Of a stretch of 64,000 nt of DNA, positions 51,405-64,000 are shown in pieces; positions within the stretch are counted from its first letter, which is position 1, and each line of letters starts with the position of its first letter. Origin of the DNA: Haplodiscus bocki (taxonomy: Eukaryota); assembly GCA_965655095.1 (NCBI GenBank), contig OZ296652.1, positions 70,184,001 to 70,248,000 on the forward strand, in the 5' to 3' direction. The notes beneath the pieces were generated by a model that was given only the letters and a program-made list of their open reading frames with translations, was not told the DNA's origin and searched no databases. The translations under genes were made by a program, and so were the position numbers.

Positions 51405-53494
51405 GTTGTTTTTAATGATTCGATAGACTAGCCCCGAATTCACGTGAAATTGGGTGCTTACTTTCTTTTTTTTTTACTTTTCATTTCTAGGCGCCCATTT
51501 CATAGCATCCTCCATGGCTATGTTTTTTTTTCGTTCAGTGTTCGTTCAACTTATTGAAGGAGCAGAGTTAATCAATTTTCTGGAAAATTGAAAAACTTCA
51601 ACAACCATTGAACTATCAGCTTTTTCAATGCCAAGTTCGTTCTACCTAATGAAGATTTGAAGTACTCGAGAAGTTTGTTCAGTTTGCAAATTGATGATGT
51701 GATTTTTTTACTCTTGTGAAACAAATCAGTTTGCATTAGACTTTGAGTTTTGAAGTTGATCAAGCTATCAAGTTTTTTAAGATCAAAAGTTATAGGAGTG
51801 TGAATTTTTAATTATTTGTTTCCTGATGTGCCTCTGTTATTTCTATGTCTCCCACGCATTTCGGTAAACTTTGCAAAAATATGTACCTACTAGTACAAAA
51901 TTCGTTGTAAACTAAATGGTCGTCATAGTTTTTTCAAACTCGCAAAAATTTTTCTTTGCAGAGATATGAACCCAAAAAGTATGATGGATAGTCATTAAGA
52001 AGCCCAATTAACCAATGCACAATTGGACTATTTTTTTCAAGAGCGTAACCGCCGAAGACATGGTTTTGACCGACCGACTGATATGCTAGAAAGTATCACA
52101 AAAGATTTGGTTGCATTATCGAATGATTGTGGTTTATGCAAAAGCTAGTATCATGGAAACTTTTAATGTTTGGTAGCAGGCAAGGTAGGATATGACGTTA
52201 AACTCACCCGTTTTTAAATTCTCCGTTGCTTGATCAAGGCTCCATATTGGCTATATGAAAGTTTCGCTCAGGTAGTTAGTCGATTTAAGGGGTTGTGAAA
52301 ACAAACGTCCACCGTTGCTCCTTCGTCCGCCAAGAAACCGAGTACTGCTCAAAGTGGGCGCTGCCTGTCCGTCGAGTGCCAACTTTGAGTAAACTACAGA
52401 GGGGTATCACGATTTTGTGTGCTAGAATTTTTTTTTGTCTTAGTCCTAGAACATTTCGTGAAGGGTGTTTTTCTTACACATTCTGACTGAAAGGAAGAAT
52501 GTCTATTGCAAACCAGCTTATGCATAGTTATTTTTGTTTACCTTGTCCAAACTTGCATTTCCGATGTTATCAGAGAGTCTAGTTAGTCATCTAGTGTAAA
52601 ATGTCAAAAAGGGCCCTTGTTGAAACATCTTGGCAAGTACTTGTCTTTTTCGCGTTCTGAAAAGTGCAAATTTTTTGAACATTGGTTTTAAAAATGAACA
52701 ACAGCATTCTAAAAGGCAATGTTTCACATTACTATGTTTTGAATATGAGACAGTGTGGGCTGTGCATTAGATATGAGACAGTTAGGGCTGTGCATTAGGT
52801 GCCCCCCCCCCCAAAAAAAAATGATGTGTCCGATGAAGGTTCAAATATCTCCCAGGGCTGTTGATTTGTTCAGGATCTTCGATCGCAGCTGACACGTCAG
52901 AATTTGTTGCGAAGTTCCGCTTCGCCTCCGTGTGTATTTTTTGTGAAATCACCTTCTAAAATCTTACAGATAGGAAACATGTTTAAGCACCTTTAGTCTT
53001 TAATGTTTTGACCCCATAGTTAGTTAAGATATAATCAGTTTAAACAATGCAACCATTGTCGACTTGTCATTTTCAACAGCCTTTCTATTGCAATTTGCTG
53101 GGTTCTTTCTAAAATTAAGCATCTGGAATGTTGAGTTTTTTGTATCAGTTATGCGTATCGTTGGATTTTTTCATGCTTTGAACGTGAAAAAATAATGTTT
53201 CAGAAATTGCAACATTTCAATTTCTGAAAACGCTTGAAGTGTGAAGAAACTTTGTGTTTGAGAGCCAATGGGTTTTCCATATTTTTATCAAAGGCTGGTG
53301 CCTTCAAAAGCATTAATTTTCGTCATGAGTGAAGTTCTTTTTTTTCGTACGCAGAGATCTTTCTGACTAATCTCAACCAGGCCTAGCTTCTTTCGGACTC
53401 GTAAAAAAGAATTAAGTAAAAGTTTTGAATGTTACAGCTAGAATACTAAATTGACCACCAATGTAGAATTAAGTTTTAGACAATACATTCGGTA

Positions 53495-56400
53495 TTAAAT
53501 AGATTCAGCACTTTTCCCGGTAAGTTTCAATTTAAAGGCTGTCTTCAATTTCGTCGGAGCGGCAAGCAGGTCTCTCTTCTTGGACTGTTTCACTTCAATT
53601 TTTTCATCTGTGCGCTCGTTTTCCTAATTGAAAGTGCATTACTGTCAAGCAAGAAAGTAAGTTTTAAGTCTTTTCTAGGAACATTTTGAAGCAAAAGTAC
53701 TTTTAAAATATGTTGCAAGGTAGTTTTAGTTTAATTTCGACTGCATTTCTTGAGTCACCAGTACATAAATTATATGACAGCTTTTACTCTGAGCATCCTA
53801 AAATTCGAATTTATCTCTCGTTATCAAATTGTAACATGTATTTCTTGAACATTTCAATTGTATACACCGAAGTTTCACATAGTTATCAATTATTATCATC
53901 GCAGAAAAAAAATTATACGCATTTTACAGCAAATTTTCCACTTTTACCGGTTTTGAAAAACATTTTTCAAAAAAACATTTCGTACATACTTGAGAAATCT
54001 TACTGTTTCATCGCATTTCACGTCAAATTTGCTATTTGGTGACAATAACTTTTCAAATTGGAAATCGTGCAAGTTTCATATTTTGCTGGAATCGTGCCAT
54101 TGGAAAGTAAGTGTAAAAAACCGCTCGCGGTGAGAGATTTTCCTTCCATATTATGAATATGGGCGGGAATTAATAAAACATGCAAAGGAATAACTCACTT
54201 CTTCTACTAAACCCATGGAATTGTTCTTCCGTAAGGATGAGTAATCCTCTGTGTTGATGAATTTGGCTCCGTTGGGATTCCAAAATTGTTGAGGCCTCAC
54301 AATAGAGTCGGCAGAAAAAGACATGACTTCTGCTGGGGCGACTTTGAATGCTCCGCTTGATGGAATATTCTTATCCCCGGCGTTAAAGGAACTTGATTTG
54401 TTAAGTTTGAAGCTGGAAAACTTATCAAATGTGTGTCTGTGTGGTACAGCAGTTGTAGGGAGACCGTATTCAAAAGCTGGGTTCACGAATGAACCAGACC
54501 CAGCCTCACTCTCAAAATCTGATGAGGGGTCTTTTGAAGCTGCGAGCTTAGCGTCCACCAAATCTTCGTAACTACGAGCTTCGCTCAATGTCGTGTTGGA
54601 ACTACCACATTCTTCGCGACTGCTTCGCTTGGATGCAGTTCCGCCTATAACTTGTGTTGAGAAAAATGTAAGAAATGTTGCAGGAATCTGAGTGCAGGTA
54701 TTCGGTTTTTGGTGGGTACTAATCTGTGCGCTTGGTTGATTCATGTTAGGGTTCTGAGTTGCTGTCCCACAGATTTTGAAATTGTCCATGTTGGAGCTGC
54801 TAGAACGGGATAAGCTGTCTGTTTCGCCTGATGTTGTACTGGATAATATAATATAATCTTCAGGTTGGTTTGTTGAACTTTCTGACGAATGAAGCTCTCT
54901 ATTCTGATGAAGTACTGAAATTGCAGCATTACTACTGGCATTAGATGAGCTATTGCAGCAAAGCCTATCAGTGGGGATTATTGCAACACTGCTCTGGGCA
55001 GAAGATGCCTGTTGAAATACAGGCAGAGGTGACTTGAGAAGCAACTGTTCATTCTCACTTGTTGAACTGCTAACTGAATGTGTCCGAAACTCCGGTGCTG
55101 AATCGTTTCTGTGAAACATCACACCGTCTTCACTTTCCAAAGACTTTTGCCGACTTCTTAAAAAAGGGCGTGTTCCACTAGGAGCAACTCTGCGTGTATA
55201 AGTAGTACTGCTTCGATGCAGATTGCTGCTTCTTGCGTATAATCTAGGGGGCAACGTTGGAGGTATCAGCTTATCCGGAGACTTGTCTGGAGTGTCAGGT
55301 GTTGGAGGAGTGCTGCTACCGATGGGGATCCTGGGCGGAACTTCTGGTTTCTCGCTGAGAGGTAAAACGTTTGGAGGTTTTGGTAAGGGCTTGCTTTTGG
55401 TTGTTGCGGTCGGTGATGGCATCGGCGATGGGTGTAAGCCAGATGAGTTGACTGATTGCATATTGGGTTTAAATGCTCGGAGGGGTTGAGGTCCTCCGCT
55501 TCCACTTTCCGAAGTCGAAGATGCACGCGAGCTTTTTATAATTGGAATTGCCTGCGATGGAAAGAAATGTTGAGTTTGACCATCGCTGTTGCTCGCGTTC
55601 GGCGTGCTTGGTGTTTGTATATACCTAGTTGGTTTTGAGTTGGTAGCAATTATGTCGTTGACACACTGCGCTCTTTTCTCTAAATCACACAATAAGCCAG
55701 GTTTTACTGATATATAATTTGTCTTTCGATTGAAAAATAAGCTATTAGAATCCATTGGAAGTCTATAAAACTCAGCACTTCGTGAAACTTGGTCTATTTT
55801 ACGGGAGGCCATCACCGCAGCTGTCATGAATCGAATTACTAAGTTTGTCTAAACTAACACTTTGGTTAAATATGATCTGGGATTTGTAAAGTGTACATGG
55901 GCTTTATACGGCGTGTAAACATTTGTATAACAAATTTAGACCAGAAGATATCGTTGACGTTTTTGTTAGCGAACAACGAGAGTTGCAGTTTACTAATAGA
56001 GGAATTATCGAGTGGCAGATCAATTAAACACCTTATTTTGAATCGAAATATTTGAAAGATTTAAAAAGTTTTTTCTTACCATCAGAACATGGCTGTTTGG
56101 TGATCAAATGTTTCAAAGGTGGAATTGGAATTTGAAATTTGCTTCCATTGGTGTAGGTGCTTCGGGGACCTGCGTCGTCAATCAACTCCTGCCGATCGCC
56201 ACTCATTTCTTGCTTACACTCTTGTGATACTTCTTGTGCAGGGTGAATATTTGTGCGGTCTTGGAACGTTAAGGCCTCTTCTGACCTTGCATTATTGTGC
56301 CGCCCTTCTTTCAGACCTAATCTCCGAGGCAAGCTGAATCCGTTATCGTGACTAGATCCGTTAAGGTGACTTTTTTGAGGAGAAACGCCTGAACTGCTGG

Positions 56401-59400
56401 GTAGATTAGGTGGTCGAATGAACAGTTTATATGATACGTTTTCGGAGGTGTCTTCTACAAATGGCGCTGGTGGCGGGGGTGTCGAGGTGCTGAGAGGTCG
56501 GGGTCTGGGTGAAATTGGGATACCCCGTCGGGTGGAAACAGTGTGGTTGGAATAGGTTGCTGTGTCAGTGCTGTTGCCAGGTCCAGAATCACCTGATGAA
56601 AGGCGATCTTCGTAATGACTTTCAGCTGGTGTGTAATCGTGCTCGTAATTGTAAGGGTGAACTTGCACTACTTGTTTAGTACGGGCGGCAGCATTAGGTC
56701 TGTAGAAAATGAAATCAATGTAATTTTGGTTGAGTTCGGACAAAAAATTATTAAAGCTATAATTGTGCCGAGATCTGGGTTATAGAGTAACGTACTATTA
56801 ACTTATACTTTTACATATAGAAGATGAAACACCGATTCACAAGGTTGTGCGTTCGATTAAAATGTCTGCGTGTTGAAGAGAATACGTTCAAATTTTCATC
56901 TAAATATGGACAGAAAAATTGAGCGATTGATTTATACAGAGCATTTGAACTGCGTTTACTCTAGTGCAAGCATTAAACTTTCATGTTGAATATATCGCTG
57001 TAAAAGTTTATAATATTAAACGTCTCGTAATAAAATCGAAACTTGATAAACGTGATATAAAAAGTGCTTGACTGTCTACAATTTTGAGTTTAATGTACTC
57101 TGTGTTTCATGGCAAGACATCACAGTTTTTTTCTGCAGTCATGTATCGAGTTTAATCATCGAATATCCGAAGAGCCGAAAATGAAAACTCAAAAACAGAG
57201 AGCCAAAATCAGTTTTATTGGATTAGTATATGGTATGTAGATACAAAAAATTAGAGCGTGCACGAATATTAGAGATGCCGTAGAAAAGAAAATTGTGATT
57301 TGACTTTGGTTGCTGTTCAAGAACAATGTATTCATCATAAATTTGGTCACTGCATAATTGATTGGCTGTGCTGGCAGTAGAGGTCACAAACACCGTTAGC
57401 GAAGTTTAATTCAGGTGTCAAACAAGAATAGAATGAGTCCACTCCTGAAGTCACGCTTCACTGAGACAGGTCGGTCGTCCGCAACAGACGTCTCATCAAA
57501 TCTATGTACTTTTCGAAATCTGCTCATGCCCAAATGAAGCAGCTCGGATCTTTGAAATGAATAATTCATGATTTTGCTCAAGAAGTTATACGCAACACTA
57601 TTTTGGGAATAGCTGGCGAAATTTGATATTTTAGATTTTATTTTTGGTAGAACAAGTACGTAAAGATCGGGATATGCAAAAGAGGTATCACAAAAAGTTC
57701 TAGTCTTTTTACCCATGTTGAAATGAAATTTCAAAATGTGTATTAGTATGGGTAACCGAAGTTTTTTCTCGTTATAATCTTGCAGGTTTTGACTTGATCA
57801 GGATCTGTTGGTCAAGTGTAAACGATGAAAAATGACCTTTTTTGTCAAAAATGATCAAATGTGAGCGTTTCTTAAAGATTAGGCTGTAAAAAGGCGCGAC
57901 TCAAAAAGGCATGATTGCCAGGTCAAGTTTTTGAATGAGACATTGCGGCAGGTGCTCCAAGTTCTCGCTACTGGGTGACTCAGTATAGCTGATACTGGTG
58001 AACAAAACGGTGAAACTTCTTTCAAGTCAGTGATGTAGCCTGTCAATCATCAGAACTGACAACGCCAGATCTCATGAAAGTGAAAGTGACTTGACCATCT
58101 TAGTTTCAAAGCATGAAAGTTGTCCAGTGTTGCTTAACCGAAATGAGCAATTTTTACTTTCATAATTCGAATGATTGACAAGCGACGCTAGGACTTTCCG
58201 AAACATTTCCACATATTTTTTTTACTAATATCAGCAATTTGAAAACTCCAAATTCAAAATATGTTTCATTTTTTCAAAAAGAGTTATGATTATAGTTTTT
58301 CGAACAAACAATTGATTCACCTTTGCTATCGTAATTCGAAAAGTCTCAATCGAAAGTTTGGGCTTTAATTCTGAATAGTTCACTAGTCAAGGCGGTATCG
58401 CAATTTTTTTGGATTTTTCTATGGGCAAAAATTTTGAAGTTGGGCGAAGGCAGGGAAGGTATCACTGAAAATTTTGTACATGGTATAAATTAGGGGTGTA
58501 CCGGAACACCATTAATACATCCGGCCGTAACTGGACCGGAACCGGAATATTGGACTCCGATCCGATCCGGCTAGAACTGGAACTATTTCAAACTAATTGT
58601 TGCAGTTAGTGACTTTCTTGTGGGCTAGATATGCCCAGTTTACCAAGTATGTAGCAGCATAGCAACAGAAATCATAGACAATTCTGTCATTCTGAAACAA
58701 AATAATGCTGTTTCTGTACCATAGCGACGTGAGAGTTTTTTAGAAGGCTGCTTTTCATTTAAATTTTGAAACATGTCGAGTTGAAAATCTATTTTTTTCA
58801 TTCCCGAGATCCGGTCGGATTTCAAATCTGTTCGAGCGGGAAACAGCTACTGGAATTTTCTCAATCCTGGTCGACATTCCTGTACACCCCTAGTAAAAAT
58901 TCATTCGATATATCCAATGTACGCCTTCTTTCCGGCTTTGGGGCTTTTTGAACAATTTTGAAGATTTTAACTAAAAAGTGGGTCTTTTAGCACTGAAACC
59001 TTTTAGACTTATGGAAAAAGCAGGCACATTCGACATTTTTATGCTGGAAAGCGACCAAAAATTTCGTTAAAAACAAATTGAATGAATTGAATGGACAACT
59101 TATCAATTATTTCAAACAGTTTTTCCGCTCCAATTTTTTTATCGTTCGAGCATTTAATGTGAAATTGCTTAATGCGGTGGAACATTTCAGTTCTAAAATT
59201 TGATATCTCGAGACAAAATTTTCCAGGCATGATAAGATTTATCACCGAATAACTTGAATGGTACCAGTATTAATCAACACACCTGTTTCTGATAGGTGGT
59301 TGGTTGATTGCACGGTTTGCGACGAATTGTTCGTTTTTCGATTGCTGACGGTCAATTGTGTTGGAAGGGGGTCCGTTGTTGTGAGAATCAACGAAGTCTT

Positions 59401-61688
59401 CGCACGATTGACTCCCTCCTCTTGCCGATGAAAAACTTTCGATTCTTTGTAGAGGCACTCTTTGTCTTGCATTCCTATTATTGTGACCAATAGTTTGTGG
59501 GGGCGTGTTTAGCATGGACGGGGTTGGTCTGCAAGCCAATGAACTGGGACTAGTAAAAATTATAGTGTGAATTCGGGGAAATTCGTTTTTGATCATTAGC
59601 AGTTTAATTAGCGTTATTGGAATTTGTTACTGGTATGACCAAAAATAGTGTAGTTTCAACTTCGAAATTTCATTAAATGGATCTGTAATTGATCTAACTG
59701 CAGTTATCCCAAGAAGTAGCAGAGTGGAATTACGAAATGAAAGATCTCAAAACAATGCGTCTGGCGGAAAAACAATATGGAAGTCATGCAAATACACTAA
59801 GAGCCTTTGTTCAACAAATGTTGGTGCGAGTGAGTTCCTGCAGGTCATTCACGCAGGCTTACTTAATTGTTCTGTTTTGACTCTACTGCGGCTACGTGAG
59901 CACGGAGCTCAAGCAGATTTCTATTTTTATATTGATTTTTTTAGGTACGTGAGAAATTTTATACATTGATTTATAAAACGCTGATTGAATGCTTGTCATA
60001 TCACTGAGAGATGAAAGATGTATCCGACAGTGTGGGTGAAAAAAGAATGAATCATCCGATTGCGAAAAAGTCTGGCTGTATATGTATCCGTTGATAGTCC
60101 AGTCACAACAAACAAGTGCGTTCGCAGGCATTCAATGGGGGACTTGAGAAAGTAAATGTACATGTATCTATAAGAAGGAATGCAATTCGTTGGATCGCTC
60201 TCTGATAATTTGTGTGGTTAAATGCTGCTGAATGCTGAATATGATACGCACCTTAAAAGGAAAGTTTCCCCTCGGGCAATACAGAGCCGGTCTACTACAG
60301 AATTAGTCGTAAACTTTATCGATAATTAGGGATGTTCAAAAATATTTGATTCTATTTTCTCGGAGAATAGATATATTTTATTTACAGTGACTATAAATAA
60401 ATATTTTTAGTATATTCGATCCGAGGAAAAAATATTTCACAATCCAACACTTCGTTATTTTGTTACAGATTCCCCATGTTAATAGTATCAAGCAAGAACA
60501 TAAGTGACTCGAGATGCATTGGGAGAAATTTTTCCCATAATCACGGATAATCCGTTTTTGCACGGCTGAATAGATGTTCGACCTTTGAGATGCAAATATT
60601 TAAAATATTCATTGCAATATATTTTTAATTAATAGTTTTTTTGAACATCCCTGACAGTAATGCACCTTTTGAGTTGAATAATATAGTAATCGTGATATCA
60701 ATTATTGCTCAACAACTTAAGCAAGAATTGTTTATCGGAATCCTCAAAGAAAGGGATTGCAAGTCAATGATAATTGTACGAAGATGGGAGTTTGGGTTCC
60801 CGATTTTCTCTAAATTTTGGAATTGTTCGCGGTAAATTACGAGATCAATCAGGTATTATTGTTTTGCTATATTACGTGAGAGTGAAATAACTTCACGTTT
60901 CTTACACGCCGCACTGCGTTTAAAGTGCGACTCAAGTGGTTTCGATTGTTTTCTAAGTATGGGATTCTTTTCACCCATTTCTGAAAATAGGAGTTGTAGG
61001 ACGATTCCCACACTGCGGTTATAAAATTTTGGATACCCTCAGGACTAACCATAACCCTCGAGGTTATGAGTATCATCAAAACGTGAGACAGAAATACCGG
61101 GGAGTGATTTAAGCTTTAGTCTCCTTGTTGTTGGAAACTATGAGGATGAAATTGAACCCCCCAAGACTAGTTTTGAGATAGTTGTGATAAAACTTGAAAT
61201 AGAATCCCACCCTGAACCACAATAGTCTACCCGGAATTAGCTTATAAAATAGAATTGTCAAGTTTTTCAAGACCACTGAAATTTCAAGTTTTAAATCAAG
61301 ATTATTGCTAAAATGGTGATTTTGAAATTTTGAATTTCCTTGAGTTATATATGAAGCCGAAAATTTGAAAAGGCACTCAAAATTACAAGCAATTGTTTGC
61401 GCAACTTAGCCTCCCCCCTCCCCTCCCCCCCAAAATAGTTTCGATTATGAAACTTCAATGTTTTTGTTCCAAAATAAGGACTTCATTTGTTGAACCACAG
61501 CTATTTGTACTTGTACGTACCGATAAAAACGCCCTGTCATTGGTCTCTGCTCGGAGTTGTTTCTCTTGAACTTGTCTGCTAGTTCCACCTTGACTTGTTG
61601 ATCCCAGTCATACTGTGCGGTCGTGTTTGAGGAGAGAAAGTTGCCCACTTCACCTGCCTCGTTCACACCTCGCCACAGGGAAAACGCA
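53495..61688 (-). CDS. 3' exons of a host signalling gene: SH3 C-terminal half plus a long Pro/Ser-rich tail, tentatively Ack/PR2-like (exons 61688-61521, 59549-59283, 56699-56080, 55838-54199, 53623-53495)
   Basis: All junctions are GT-AG and phase-compatible (2,2,1,0), ending ...KLTGKSAESI*. LWRGVNEAGEVGNFLSSNT resembles the end of an SH3 domain. PxxPPR motifs include PEVPPR and PTLPPR. An alternative acceptor lies at 61700. The 5' exons lie beyond the window, so the kinase identity is unverified. Confidence 0.78.
58491..58892. mobile_element. hAT-type MITE (intronic)
   Basis: TIRs TAGGGGTGTACCGGAA / TTCCTGTACACCCCTA (15/16 match). The 8-bp flanks GTATAAAT and GTAAAAAT (7/8) fit a TSD. Confidence 0.85.
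60327..60653. mobile_element. hAT-like MITE (intronic)
   Basis: TIRs TAGGGATGTTCAAAAA / TTTTTGAACATCCCTG (15/16). The TSD is degraded (5/8). Confidence 0.7.
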
Positions 61689-61879
61689 CTGACAACAAAC
61701 CTAATTTAATCCTTAGTCTATGCTGTGAAACTACACTCATAAACAACTAATTACAACTACTGCAACTGCGTATGAAAAAATTTAAATTGCGCGAAAGAAA
61801 ATTTAACTAAAACGGTTGATTGTTCCTCAGAACGTTCAAGAATCTTACTCCTAAAACTAAATCCCGAAAAATTTGAAGT

Positions 61880-64000
61880 TTCTGTGCAAATGATAGTTCA
61901 TCGGTATCTTCGCCTACTTTTTGGTTTCTGACATCTTTCTGAAGCTACATTAAGCTCTCAATCAAGGCTCTTTTAACTTTTGAGACAGCCGTTTTCTGCG
62001 GGAACATGAAATGCACAGTTCCAATCAAATCGGAATTCTATGAAGTGGAGTGGTTTTGTTTAGCTTTCTAAAGGATGCTTCATCGGCATCTCCGTCAGCT
62101 TCTAGTAGGTGGCATCTTTGTGAAGCTACATTATTTTTTCCATCGAGGCTCTTCCGACCTTTCAGACGGAGTTGTCAATACATCTTTCTGTAAGGTCATT
62201 TTATTGAGCTTTCTAAAACTGCTCCATTGGTATCTCAGTCAGAATTTCGCTGGCGGCTTTTTTGTGAGCTACTTTTTTTCATCGAGGCTCTGTCAACTTT
62301 TGAGACGAAGCTGCTCTCATCGAGAAGATAAAATGCAGAATTGCAATCATTTTATAACTGTAAGGTTGTTTTGTTTAGCTATAAAGGGGTTTTCATAATT
62401 TTCCAGTCAGCTTTCAGTTGGTGGCATCTTTGTGGAGCTACTTTATTTTTTCCATCGAGTCACGTTCGACCCCTGAGACGGAGGGGCTCTGTGGGAAAAG
62501 ATAAAATGCATGATCGAAATGTTTAATGTTTTTTTAAATGTTTTAAAGTCTTGTTTAGCTTTCTGAAGGGGGTTGCATCGGTTTCGCCGTCAGATCTTAG
62601 TTGGTGGCATTGCTTTGGAGCTACGTTTTTTTCTCGATTCCCTTCCAACTTACGAAAGTTGGCGGGTCTCTACGTGAAATTGAAATGCAAAATCGCAATC
62701 AATTCATTTTTCTGTAAGGTCGTTTTATTCAACCGTCTAATGGGGTTTTCTTTGGTTTAGCGTTAGCTTTCAGATGGTGGCGTATTTGTGAAGCTATATT
62801 GTTTTTTTCCATCGAAGTTCTTCCTAAATCTGAGACGGAGGCGATATCCTCCAGAAAAATGAATCTGATTTCGCAATCGTTCCGTTTTTCTTCCAGTTTG
62901 TTTTATTGAGTCTTCTAAAACTGCGTCATTGGTGTACCTCCATCAGCTTTTAGTTGGTGCCATCTTTTAGAAACTACGTTTTTCTCCATCGAGGCTCTTC
63001 CGACCTTTCAGACGGAGTTGTCAATACATCTTTCTGTAAGGTTATTTTATTGAGCTTTCTAAAACTGCTCCATTGGTATCTCCGTCTGCATTTCGTTGGT
63101 GGCTTTTTTGTGGAGCGAATTTTCTTCATTGACGCTCTCCACTTTTGAGATGAAGCTGCTGTCATCGAGAAGATAAAATGCGCAATTACAATCATTTCAT
63201 AATTGTAAGGTTTTGTTTAGCGATGTAAATGGGTCTTCATATTTTTCTTGTCAGCTTTTAGTTCGTGGCATCTTTGTGGAGCTACATCATTCTTTCCATC
63301 TAGGATTTTCGACTACCCAAATGGAGTCGCTCCCTGCTAGAACAATAAATGCATAATTGAAGTTAGTCCATAATTCTAAAAGGTTGTTTTCTTCATCTTT
63401 CCAAAGGGATGCCTAATCGCTACCTCCGTCGGCGTTTATTTGGTCCCATCTTTTCGAAGCTGCGTCTTTTTCTATCGAGGATCTTTCAAATGTCGAAGCG
63501 GAGAGTCTACGGGAACTTAAAGGGCAAAAATGGAATCAGTTCATATGTCTAAGGTTTTTTTTGCCAAATAAAGGGTTGTTCATAGATTTTGCCGTTCACT
63601 TTAAGGCATCGTTGTGAAACTATATTATTTTTTCCATCGAGAGTTATTCGTCTTCTGTGCCGGACTCGCTCTCGGAGAACATAAAATGTATAATTGAAAT
63701 CAGTTCATAATTCTGAGAAGTGGTAATATTTAGCTTTCCGAAGGGATGCTTCACCCGTAACTCCGTCTGCGCTTAGTTAGTGGCATCGTTGTGAAGGTAC
63801 CGTATCTTTCCCATCCAGTGTGTTTCGACCTCTGTGACGCAGCTGCCCTGTCGGAGAACAAAAAATGCATAATTGGAATTACTTCATACTTTTGAAAGCT
63901 TGTTTTGTTGAGGTTCCTGAAGGATGCTTCATCGGTACCTCCGTCAACTCTTAGTTGATGGCGTCTTTGTGAAGCTAAAATATTCTTTCTACCGAGGGTT
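61880..64000. repeat. Degenerate ~120-180-bp tandem repeat (intronic, runs off the window)
   Basis: Recurrent TGGCATCTTTGTG(A/G)AGCTAC...TTCCATCGAG and GATGCTTCATCGG motifs. Block ~62138-62400 is repeated closely at ~62984-63245. Confidence 0.85.

Noticed and set aside
57411-57734. Possible additional exon of the minus-strand gene
   Set aside because: The flanking exons already join in phase and no convincing donor site was found.

Overview
Eukaryotic (animal-like) genomic DNA with GT-AG introns. The left ~41 kb is a stack of mobile elements and the right ~21 kb holds two convergent spliced host genes. (1) 1-~8.9 kb: a Helitron-type rolling-circle element, cut by the window start. Its Rep(HUH)-Pif1 helicase ORF has two stops and one frameshift and ends in an SLX1-like GIY-YIG nuclease. 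It is followed by an intact two-exon SGNH hydrolase and an intact ~335-aa ORF that may be an OB-fold/Zn protein. (2) 9-15 kb: non-autonomous repeats, a minus-strand JmjC-like pseudogene, and an env fragment with PPT and 3' LTR. (3) 15.4-41 kb: a decayed Ty3/Gypsy element with RT, RNase H and integrase, followed by an OARD1/TARG1-type macrodomain, an antisense JmjC-like pseudogene and an env-like fusion protein. The JmjC segment has been amplified into 11 head-to-tail copies of ~1517 bp (21.4-38.1 kb). (4) 43-64 kb: the 3' exons of an unidentified + strand gene, the 3' exons of a - strand SH3/proline-rich gene (tentatively Ack-like), MITEs and a degenerate satellite. The two main candidates for an undescribed system are the GIY-YIG/SGNH Helitron and the env-bearing Gypsy element with macrodomain and JmjC cargo. 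All domain calls were made by eye from motifs; no searches were run.
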